A stretch of 37,945 nucleotides of DNA. Source: a virus (taxonomy: Monodnaviria > Loebvirae > Hofneiviricota > Faserviricetes > Tubulavirales > Inoviridae). Both the position numbers and the translations under genes were made by a program. Shown here piece after piece: positions 1-8,631 of this stretch. The DNA lies in the IMG/VR virus record IMGVR_UViG_2923312938_000004; one strand, 5' to 3'. Under the pieces are notes generated by a model. That model saw only the letters and a program-made list of their open reading frames with translations, made no database searches and was not told where the DNA came from. The stretch's first letter is position 1. Each line of letters opens with the position of its first letter.

Positions 1-360
1 CTACTTCATTAAACCCAGTGTCAGTTTTCCGAGAATGAAAGCCTTCACCCGGAAGGCAAAATACAGCGACCATGCGCCGGTAATAATATTCAGGCAGACC
101 GGAAGGTTATCCGGAAACAGGCTGGACACGCTGATCCAGACCGGATGCGTGAATACCGGAGAGGTCAGCATCAGGGAAGAAAACTTTTCATTCACGAAGG
201 AAATAAAAACGCTGTAAAACCCATACCAGACCCCGACCGTGGTCAGTGCAATCACGGACTTGAGGAGAAAAAAACGCAGGAGGCACCGGAAAATAAACGG
301 CACCAGAAATATCATCATATCCTTAAAAAAGACGGTCAGTCCCATAAAAACAGCTGGCAT
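1..360 (-). CDS. gVI-like minor virion/membrane protein (119 aa, very hydrophobic)
   Basis: Complete ORF (stop at 1-3, ATG at 358-360) directly downstream of the gIII-like gene with 2-nt spacing. Multi-TM hydrophobic composition and position between gIII and gI as in Ff phages. SD-like GGTAGG upstream. Confidence 0.6.
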   Translation of the reverse strand: MPAVFMGLTVFFKDMMIFLVPFIFRCLLRFFLLKSVIALTTVGVWYGFYSVFISFVNEKFSSLMLTSPVFTHPVWISVSSLFPDNLPVCLNIITGAWSLYFAFRVKAFILGKLTLGLMK

Positions 361-362
361 AT

Positions 363-1691
363 TTACCTACCGGATAATGATTTATCAACCAGGATGACTA
401 ATGACACTGCGGTGATGACATAAATAAAAAAGCGAATAACCTCCCGCAGATAACCGTCATAAATACGACAGACACCTTCCGTGGAGAGATTAAAGGGCAT
501 TTCCTCACCCCCGAAAGGCCGGAATGAAAAACTTAAATCCAGTGGCACACAGACATCCCTGTTATTGCCGAAGAAGCCCTGAGGAATAATGCCGGAAAAA
601 TTAAGCACAGGCACATAATCTTCAATCAGGGGAATAAGTTCCTGAATCCGGTCCTGTACGCCCTGCTCCACTGAACTTATACCGTTCTCAATAATCCCCT
701 GCATAGTGCTGTTAAACTGCGCCTGAGACGAAGAGTAGTTTTTATCCGGCTCTGTCAGTGCGCCAAATTTTTCATCAATGCTGTGTAAATATTTCACCTG
801 CCTTTCTGTCATATAATCCATGGTAACAAGGGTTTTATTCTGAAGTTCAATGTAGCTGCTATGAAAACTGTCAATTTTGTCTCCGATGGCAGGCAGTCCG
901 GCATTCAGCAGATAATATATTTTTCTTCCCCACTCATCAGAAAGACCGTCATCCCCGTTTCCGGTGTTATTATCATTGCCGTCACTCCCGGTATTTCCAC
1001 CACCGGAATTATTACCGCCATCGCTGCCGGAATTATTATCTTCACTACCGTTGTTATCTTCCTCATTACCGTTGTCAGGAACAATTTTCCCGTCCTCAAT
1101 TTTATAACCCTCCCTTAAATAACAGGTGCTGTTATAAAGGTTCTGCCAGCCGGAACCGTTGGGAGTGCAGGAGTAATATTTTGCGTGAGCGCGCAACTCA
1201 GATAAAGGCATAGTTTCCCGCGGGGGATAATATCCTGAAAATGAACCACAGATTAACAGCGGATTATTATCACACTCCTGCCTCCTCAGTGTATCCGCAA
1301 GTTCAAGCAAATAGACAGCAGAAACCTGACCGGATACAGCGTTATCATTATCATCACCGGAACTGTTGTCCCCGTTGCCGCCGGAACTGTTATCCCCGTC
1401 ACCGCCATCACCATCCGAAGGCTCATAAGCTGCCACAGGGATCCAGTTAGTAGCGGCGACATCACCTGTTTCACTGCCAACAATCACACCTGTCGCCATA
1501 TAAATACAGCCATCCACAACAGCATACCATGTATTATCACTGCGAAACGCCCCGGAAAGTGACCCCTGCAGCGCCGGACGGGAAATACAGGCCTCATCAG
1601 ACTCCGTTAAATTAAAAGGCGCAAATGTTCTTGTGAATGACTCAGCAGATGAAAAGAACGGAAGAAATAAAAGCAGAAATAACAGCCGCAT
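363..1691 (-). CDS. gIII-like adsorption (minor coat) protein, 442 aa
   Basis: N-terminal signal peptide MRLLFLLLFLPFFSSA, Cys-containing domains, two Gly/Asn/Asp-rich low-complexity linkers, and a C-terminal membrane anchor (VIRFFIYVITAVSLVILV). Sits immediately after the major coat gene. GAGG SD upstream. Confidence 0.7.
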   Translation of the reverse strand: MRLLFLLLFLPFFSSAESFTRTFAPFNLTESDEACISRPALQGSLSGAFRSDNTWYAVVDGCIYMATGVIVGSETGDVAATNWIPVAAYEPSDGDGGDGDNSSGGNGDNSSGDDNDNAVSGQVSAVYLLELADTLRRQECDNNPLLICGSFSGYYPPRETMPLSELRAHAKYYSCTPNGSGWQNLYNSTCYLREGYKIEDGKIVPDNGNEEDNNGSEDNNSGSDGGNNSGGGNTGSDGNDNNTGNGDDGLSDEWGRKIYYLLNAGLPAIGDKIDSFHSSYIELQNKTLVTMDYMTERQVKYLHSIDEKFGALTEPDKNYSSSQAQFNSTMQGIIENGISSVEQGVQDRIQELIPLIEDYVPVLNFSGIIPQGFFGNNRDVCVPLDLSFSFRPFGGEEMPFNLSTEGVCRIYDGYLREVIRFFIYVITAVSLVILVDKSLSGR

Positions 1692-1704
1692 AATGACCTC
1701 TGAT

Positions 1705-1725
1705 AAAAAAGGGGCGCACGGCCCC
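1705..1725 (-). terminator. Intrinsic terminator between major coat gene and gIII-like gene
   Basis: Minus-strand GC hairpin (aggggccgtgcgcccct) followed by a U-run, located 20 nt after the gVIII stop and 14 nt before the gIII start. Ff phages have a terminator at the equivalent place. Confidence 0.6.
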
Positions 1726-1746
1726 TGTATTATTAATTAAACAGCA

Positions 1747-2022
1747 TCAGGAAGATGCCATTCTGAAGAGGGATTTAACTACGCGGAAACCAATCATTAA
1801 AGAAACGCCAAAGCCCAGTAAAAGAAATGCTGCGGTACCCACCACGCCCAGCGTTGACAAAATGGAGTTCACCACCGGGTCAATCATATCCTGGTTGATA
1901 ACTGCCTGTCCGGGGGTATAACTCACCCCTTCAGCCAGAACAGGACCGGACGCCAGCATCAGGGAAGATGCAATGACCAGAGGTTTTTTTACGAACGTAA
2001 CTGCTTTTTCACGAACAGACAT
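1747..2022 (-). CDS. Major coat protein (gVIII-like), 91-aa precursor
   Basis: ATG at 2022 preceded by AGGAG. Signal peptide ending ...GPVLA, acidic mature N-terminus, a single hydrophobic helix (LGVVGTAAFLLLGFGVSLMIGF) and a basic C-terminus (RVVKSLFR). This is the classic inovirus major capsid architecture. Confidence 0.8.
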   Translation of the reverse strand: MSVREKAVTFVKKPLVIASSLMLASGPVLAEGVSYTPGQAVINQDMIDPVVNSILSTLGVVGTAAFLLLGFGVSLMIGFRVVKSLFRMASS

Positions 2023-2042
2023 AATATATAACTCCTGTATTA

Positions 2043-2201
2043 TTACAAAAAAGATGAAAAAAGTGTTTTCGTCAGGGAAAACACATACCCGAAGCCAAAA
2101 CCGGCAAGCCAGCTGATGGCCCATATACCAAAAAGCGCAACAAGCGGAGGATAAGAACCCACGCCGGATATTGTCACAAGAAAATTTGTCTCAGAAAGCA
2201 T
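2043..2201 (-). CDS. Small hydrophobic virion protein (52 aa), gIX/gVII-like by position
   Basis: Hand-translated MLSETNFLVTISGVGSYPPLVALFGIWAISWLAGFGFGYVFSLTKTLFSSFL. Tightly packed between the 33-aa ORF and the major coat gene, as the small minor coat genes are in Ff phages. Confidence 0.5.
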   Translation of the reverse strand: MLSETNFLVTISGVGSYPPLVALFGIWAISWLAGFGFGYVFSLTKTLFSSFL

Positions 2202-2203
2202 GA

Positions 2204-2305
2204 TTAACGCCTTCCCGTAATGACTCCGCCAATAAAAGCCAGTGAAAATATCAGCACTGGCACAGCACCAAAGAGAATAAGAACGAAAAATTCAGTCGTG
2301 AGCAT
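2204..2305 (-). CDS. Small hydrophobic virion protein (33 aa), gVII/gIX-like
   Basis: Hand-translated MLTTEFFVLILFGAVPVLIFSLAFIGGVITGRR. Size, single TM and position after the ssDNA-binding gene match the Ff minor coat proteins. Confidence 0.5.
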   Translation of the reverse strand: MLTTEFFVLILFGAVPVLIFSLAFIGGVITGRR

Positions 2306-2315
2306 ATTTCAAAAA

Positions 2316-4191
<1,876 letters not shown>

Positions 4192-4473
4192 ATGAAAAAA
4201 GAAACAAAGCGCGGAGACACAACCGTAAGGATTAACGAAAACAGAAAACTGGAGCTAAAACGAAGAGTGCTGGAAATCGGTAATAAAACAGGTGAGCTAC
4301 TAAAACCATCAGAGATAGTAAACCACTTAATAGACAACTACTTAGATGATGCGGTGAAAGATCTAATAAGCAAAGAAGAACTTAAGAAAAAAAGGCAATG
4401 TGATCCCTTTTCCTGCATTCAGCAGACTACCCGCGAAGGATCGAAAGGATACGGTTTAACTGGAAACCCTTGA
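4192..4473 (+). CDS. Ribbon-helix-helix (RHH) DNA-binding regulator; 93 aa in this copy, 70 aa in copies B-E
   Basis: N-terminus TTVRINENRKLELKRRVLEIGNKTGELLKPSEIVNHLIDNYL fits a beta-strand/helix/helix RHH pattern. Divergent from Rep, like rstR versus rstA in CTXphi. Copy A has an A7 run at 4387-4393 where the other four copies have A8, so the 70-aa form ending KKKKAM is the consensus. Confidence 0.6.
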   Translation: MKKETKRGDTTVRINENRKLELKRRVLEIGNKTGELLKPSEIVNHLIDNYLDDAVKDLISKEELKKKRQCDPFSCIQQTTREGSKGYGLTGNP

Positions 4474-4489
4474 GTTTCCGTTGACTCTA

Positions 4490-4516
4490 CCCCCGTGTTA
4501 CAAGACGGGGGTTTTT
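4490..4516 (+). terminator. Intrinsic terminator downstream of the RHH regulator gene
   Basis: Stem cccccgt / acggggg with an 8-nt loop, followed by ttttt. Confidence 0.6.
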
Positions 4517-4705
4517 CTCCCGGCCTGTAACACATCGCTCTCTGATGTTAATGCAGGCGCTCCGCTCCTCGCAGGTTGTCGTTGTCGGCGTCCTCCTCCC
4601 GTCGTCCTTCTTCGCCTCCAACCTGCTGCGGTGCGGTACGACTGGATTAAGGGCGATTCAACTTCGTTACATGGACATTTAAAAAACAAAAGCATGAGGG
4701 GAAGA

Positions 4706-4879
4706 ATGAACAACTGGAGTGAGATCATATTAGACCTGCTGATGAAGCACATAATAGGTGGCGCTGCGATTGGCGTGGCTATCCTGTTGTTTGCCGGAGT
4801 GATTTTTCCTGTTGCGCTGAAGATAAGGAAGCTCACTGGCAGGAAAAAACAGCGAATAAAACAGAAACTCATCAGTTAA
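4706..4879 (+). CDS. Small membrane protein (57 aa) with polybasic C-terminal tail
   Basis: Strong SD GAGGGGAAG before the ATG at 4706. MNNWSEIILDLLMKHIIGGAAIGVAILLFAGVIFPVALKIRKLTGRKKQRIKQKLIS has one TM helix plus a Lys/Arg-rich tail. Intact in all five copies, whereas the upstream part of the long ORF is frame-broken in copy B. Confidence 0.55.
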   Translation: MNNWSEIILDLLMKHIIGGAAIGVAILLFAGVIFPVALKIRKLTGRKKQRIKQKLIS

Positions 4880-4883
4880 GGCC

Positions 4884-4977
4884 AGTGCGCACAATGACGT
4901 TATGTGTAAAAAGGCCGCTGCGGTGGAGAGTATCGCAGCGGCCTTTTCAACATAACGTGTAACACATTATGCGCACT
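4884..4977. other. Putative attP: inverted pair of dif-like XerC/XerD-arm sequences flanking a hairpin
   Basis: Plus strand 4884-4910 AGTGCGCACAA-TGACG-TTATGTGTAAA. Minus strand of 4945-4977 reads AGTGCGCATAA-TGTGTTACACG-TTATGTTGAAA. Compare E. coli dif GGTGCGCATAA-TGTATA-TTATGTTAAAT (recalled from memory). The two sites form a ~100-bp imperfect palindrome. Confidence 0.6.
4907..4947 (+). terminator. Bidirectional intrinsic terminator hairpin at the centre of the attP palindrome
   Basis: aaaaaa-GGCCGCTGCG-gtggagagtat-CGCAGCGGCC-tttt, 28 nt after the stop of the small membrane-protein gene. Confidence 0.6.
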
Positions 4978-5087
4978 GGCGTTGTGGTAGCTGAATTAAG
5001 GTGTCCGTGTGGGTACACAAACCCGGGAGTAAAAAAAGAAAACGCCTTATAACCTGGGAAAGTTATAAAGCGTCCCGGAAAATCCAG
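4976..5087. repeat. Intergenic direct repeat, copy 1 (~110 bp)
   Basis: ctggcgttgtggtagctgaattaaggtgtccgtgtgggtacac...gaaaacgccttataacctgggaaagttataaagcg...ggaaaatccag. About 88 percent identical by eye to 5286-5392. Confidence 0.7.
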
Positions 5088-5285
5088 AAATGGATACAAT
5101 GAAATATCCGTCTCAGTCAACGTAATTTACGTCTCAATCAACGTGATATACGGCCTTAACTGACATTATGTGTCTACTACCTACTCACCCTCACATAGAT
5201 GAGCAGCAAGACTATAACAAGTAAACATTACGGCGGATAACACCTGCAGACCTCTTGTTGAAAATTCCGGCTCAAAAGACGGCCT

Positions 5286-5392
5286 CTGGCGTTGTGATGG
5301 CTGAATTGAGATGTTCGTGTGGGTACACCGGGAAGTAAAAAAGAAAACGCCCTATAACCTGGGAAAGTTATAAGGCGCACTGGAAAATCCAG
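5286..5392. repeat. Intergenic direct repeat, copy 2 (~107 bp)
   Basis: ctggcgttgtgatggctgaattgagatgttcgtgtgggtacac...gaaaacgccctataacctgggaaagttataaggcg...ggaaaatccag. Partner of 4976-5087; part of a larger diverged ~300-bp duplication. Confidence 0.7.
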
Positions 5393-5775
5393 GTAATTAT
5401 GGGATGTACGCGTCTAAACCAACGTTATGTCCGCCTCAGTATGTGCCAGTCCACTGCCACATAACAGAGTGCGCAAATTGTAACGAGTAAAACATTATCG
5501 CCGATAACACATCAGGACCTCTGTTTGAAAATTCCGGCTCAAAAAGACGGCCTGTCAGTCATCAATTCCATCGAACGGCTTCATCAATGACTGTCCGACT
5601 CCCGTCTTGCGCCGCTCGTCTCGCTGGCTGCCCGCTAAAAGGCGGTCTGGCAGGCGGCGCGTTGCGCTGTTTCCTGCTGCTCTGTCATCTCTCCCCGGTT
5701 TCGGCGGGCTGACATCTGCGTCACATGAAACTTCATCATGCCGCCTTACATGTCCTGACGGACATCATCACACAC

Positions 5776-6996
5776 TCAGACCCGCCGGGCCTGAAGAACG
5801 ACGATGATATCGGTTTTCGCACGTTCATCAGAGTCTGAACCAAACACATCCGGCAGAAATGAAAGCCCTGTCCGCGCCTTTGATGTCTTGTTCTCCGCCA
5901 GTCCGCCCAGCACAATGATATCACCGTCATTCAGACTCACCGACGTGGACACCTCGCGCTTTATCAGCGTTGGCGTGTTATTCACCCCCGTATCCGTTTT
6001 TGCAAAGTTACTCAGCTGCTGAACGATATCCAGACCTATCACATCCTGCGTCACGGTGGGTTTTACCCGAAAAATAGCCCCGCTGCTGCGGTATTCCACG
6101 GACTGCACCGGAACCTTATCCTGCCATGACACTGATGACAGAACCGGCACATCAGACCCCACGCTGAAAACCGCCTCCTTACCGGAGATAACGCGCAGAC
6201 GTGGCGAACTGACCACCTGAAAACGGCTGTCGGTCCTGAATAACTCATACATTGCATCAACAGACCCCGTGCTGAGGCGAATAAAGTTATCCAGCCCCGA
6301 TGCGCTGCTCATGGTGATACTGAAACGACCGGATAAAAGCTCTGCGGCCAGCGCCAGACCTGAACCGTTACGCTCACTGGTCTGGACCTCAAACACATAC
6401 CCGGCAACCGAAACCTCCTGTGCCCTGACGTCAATCTGCGGCAGAAGCTGCCGGACAAGCTCAACTTCCCGGGCCGTTCCCCGGAACACAAACACATCCC
6501 CGGATGCACTGATGAACCGGGTACCACTGCTGACCGCCTGCCATGTCTGCTCACCGTTTGCCCCCTGAACCGGCTGTTGTGCGGCCGGAAGCTGACCCAG
6601 ACCGGAAAGCGCCTGATGCAGATACTCCACTGTCCGGTAACGGGGCGTGTAAACAAGGGATTTCAGCGGCTCCTCTGGTGCGGCAGGTGTATGACTGTAA
6701 ATATAATCAACGCCCTTTTTACGGCTTATCCTGATATTCATATTACCGAGATAACGGGTAATAAATTCCCGTTCATCGATATCCGGTGAAATATGCAGCG
6801 TGACGGCCCGCGGGTCATTGACCAGTTCAGGGGCCAGCATGAACGGTGTTTTCAGGACTTCCGTCCAGAGCAGCGTCACCGCATCAGGCAGGCTCATGCG
6901 GTTAATATCCAGTTCCGTCCCGGCTGAAAACGACGGCAGCGGGAATAACAGCGCCATTGCAGGCAGCACCGGGAGAAGTAATTTTCTGATATTCAT
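5776..6996 (-). CDS. Secretin (gIV-like outer-membrane export channel), 406 aa
   Basis: Signal peptide MNIRKLLLPVLPAMALLFPLPSFSA. C-terminus IIVLGGLAENKTSKARTGLSFLPDVFGSDSDERAKTDIIVVLQARRV resembles the conserved secretin/pIV C-terminal block. Last gene of the operon, after gI, as in Ff phages. Confidence 0.75.
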   Translation of the reverse strand: MNIRKLLLPVLPAMALLFPLPSFSAGTELDINRMSLPDAVTLLWTEVLKTPFMLAPELVNDPRAVTLHISPDIDEREFITRYLGNMNIRISRKKGVDYIYSHTPAAPEEPLKSLVYTPRYRTVEYLHQALSGLGQLPAAQQPVQGANGEQTWQAVSSGTRFISASGDVFVFRGTAREVELVRQLLPQIDVRAQEVSVAGYVFEVQTSERNGSGLALAAELLSGRFSITMSSASGLDNFIRLSTGSVDAMYELFRTDSRFQVVSSPRLRVISGKEAVFSVGSDVPVLSSVSWQDKVPVQSVEYRSSGAIFRVKPTVTQDVIGLDIVQQLSNFAKTDTGVNNTPTLIKREVSTSVSLNDGDIIVLGGLAENKTSKARTGLSFLPDVFGSDSDERAKTDIIVVLQARRV

Positions 6997-7005
6997 ATTC
7001 TGTCC

Positions 7006-8262
7006 CTATGGTGTGGTGAGAGAAACGGACATCCCCCCGGCACCGCTGCCGGACGAACGCGACGGGGAAGGTTCACTGCCTGACCCGCTGTGAAACGTGA
7101 TGTGTTCGCCATCCAGTTCCAGTACAGTAAGCAGCCCTTCATACGGCAGTTCACTGCGCACAAGCCGCGTGACGTTGCTGTTACTGCGCAGAATAAAAAC
7201 CCCCTGCCCGTTACCGTCACGCATATGACCGGAAAGCCGCCAGACACGGGAAAGCGGCAGTTCTGCCGGAGATGCGACCTGTGGTACAGGCGGCGCTTTT
7301 TCAGTGGTGATTACCTGTGGTGGTGCCTGCATGACCGTTGCAGCCGGCTCATCAGGTGTGCCGGAGAAAAAATCCAGCACAAGACGTCCCCAGAACCAGA
7401 AAAACAGGCCACCCACCACAACGGACAACAGTTTTTTACGGCGCGCCTGTTGCTGCTCCTTTCGTTCCTCTGCCGTGAAGGTCTGCAAATCCCCTTTCTC
7501 CTGCCGCTCACGCAGCCGCCGGAACTGCCGGAGGGTTCTGCCGGGCAACAGGGAATACATGGCGCGCATATCACAGACCCGCTGATGCTCACCCGTTCCG
7601 AGCAGTTCCATTCCGTCATCAAATACCATGTTTGTCGGATGGATACCGTAAAAGGACGGCGCATAAAAAACGCGGGATTCATTGGGACGGGAATTCGCCC
7701 GGGGAACACCGATATAAATTTTTGCCGAAATCAGGTGCGGCAGAAGCCCTTTCCGGCTGCCCGTATCGCCAAACTTATCCGGCATGCAGAGTTCCAGAAT
7801 ATCGGACACGACCGGGACACGAATACGATCAAGACGACGGCAGCGGACAATCAGCTCACCCGTGGATTTAAATATTTTGCTGTCAACGGCGGATTCATCC
7901 TGCACCTGAATATAAACATCCCAGCCCAGTTTCCCGGACTGTACAAACCATTTGTAATATTCCAGGTATTCCCGGCCGGAAGATGTGCCGTTAAGCCATG
8001 TTCCGACCTCATCCAGAAATAACGCACCAAACCGCTCCTTCTCATTTTCATCACAACCACGCCCCAGCGCCCAGAAATCTTCAGGACGAGGACGGGCCGG
8101 AAGCACGGTCAACGGATGCGATGAAGCCGGGTCCATTTTTTCAGTATCAAGCGGGTAATTTGCCGCAATTCTGTGTCCGCGACGGTAAAACTGTTTTGCC
8201 ACCATGGAGCAGAACAGCCCCTTCCCGTTGCGCATTTTTCCTGTCACCCAGTAAACAGCCAT
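7006..8262 (-). CDS. gI/Zot-like assembly NTPase (inner-membrane morphogenesis protein), 418 aa
   Basis: N-terminal P-loop-like motif VTGKMRNGKG (compare fd pI GKLGAGKT), a central TM segment (LLSVVVGGLFFWFWGRLVL) and a Pro-rich periplasmic tail. Sits between gVI and gIV. C-terminal length is uncertain: a C6 run at 7025-7030 gives 418 aa, a C5 run (copy C) gives 422 aa. Confidence 0.7.
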   Translation of the reverse strand: MAVYWVTGKMRNGKGLFCSMVAKQFYRRGHRIAANYPLDTEKMDPASSHPLTVLPARPRPEDFWALGRGCDENEKERFGALFLDEVGTWLNGTSSGREYLEYYKWFVQSGKLGWDVYIQVQDESAVDSKIFKSTGELIVRCRRLDRIRVPVVSDILELCMPDKFGDTGSRKGLLPHLISAKIYIGVPRANSRPNESRVFYAPSFYGIHPTNMVFDDGMELLGTGEHQRVCDMRAMYSLLPGRTLRQFRRLRERQEKGDLQTFTAEERKEQQQARRKKLLSVVVGGLFFWFWGRLVLDFFSGTPDEPAATVMQAPPQVITTEKAPPVPQVASPAELPLSRVWRLSGHMRDGNGQGVFILRSNSNVTRLVRSELPYEGLLTVLELDGEHITFHSGSGSEPSPSRSSGSGAGGMSVSLTTP

Positions 8263-8269
8263 AACACCC

Positions 8270-8629
8270 CTACTTCATTAAACCCAGTGTCAGTTTTCCG
8301 AGAATGAAAGCCTTCACCCGGAAGGCAAAATACAGCGACCATGCGCCGGTAATAATATTCAGGCAGACCGGAAGGTTATCCGGAAACAGGCTGGACACGC
8401 TGATCCAGACCGGATGCGTGAATACCGGAGAGGTCAGCATCAGGGAAGAAAACTTTTCATTCACGAAGGAAATAAAAACGCTGTAAAACCCATACCAGAC
8501 CCCGACCGTGGTCAGTGCAATCACGGACTTGAGGAGAAAAAAACGCAGGAGGCACCGGAAAATAAACGGCACCAGAAATATCATCATATCCTTAAAAAAG
8601 ACGGTCAGTCCCATAAAAACAGCTGGCAT
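8270..8629 (-). CDS. gVI-like minor virion/membrane protein (copy B)
   Basis: Identical 119-aa translation to copy A. Confidence 0.6.
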   Translation of the reverse strand: MPAVFMGLTVFFKDMMIFLVPFIFRCLLRFFLLKSVIALTTVGVWYGFYSVFISFVNEKFSSLMLTSPVFTHPVWISVSSLFPDNLPVCLNIITGAWSLYFAFRVKAFILGKLTLGLMK

Positions 8630-8631
8630 AT

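Noticed and set aside
861-1483. Nested 64-85-aa ORFs on both strands inside the gIII-like gene
   Set aside because: They arise from the repetitive Gly/Asn/Asp-linker coding DNA (Ile/Thr/Val or His/Arg/Cys homopolymeric translations) and are not independent genes.
4481-4879. 132-aa plus-strand ORF extending the small membrane protein upstream
   Set aside because: The N-terminal 70 aa run through the RHH-gene terminator hairpin and are in a different frame in copy B (12750-12965). Only the C-terminal 57 aa have an SD and are intact in all copies. The antisense 124-aa ORF (4498-4872) was rejected for the same reasons.
5546-5592. Short inverted repeat cagtcat...atgactg with tcatcaat direct repeats upstream of gIV
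   Set aside because: Only a 7-bp stem with a ~32-nt loop; too weak to call a terminator or origin hairpin from sequence alone.
5607-5807. 66-aa Arg-rich plus-strand ORF downstream of gIV
   Set aside because: Overlaps the gIV 3-prime end on the opposite strand, has no SD and non-protein-like composition; likely non-coding.
6269-6789. Plus-strand ORFs of 63-99 aa antisense to the secretin gene
   Set aside because: Antisense to a conserved gene, no SD, biased composition.
7090-8022. 310-aa plus-strand ORF (repeated in every unit), antisense to the gI/Zot-like gene
   Set aside because: Lies entirely antisense within a well-supported structural gene, is Arg/Pro/Cys-rich with low-complexity composition, and has no SD. 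It looks like the usual long antisense ORF of a GC-rich coding region.
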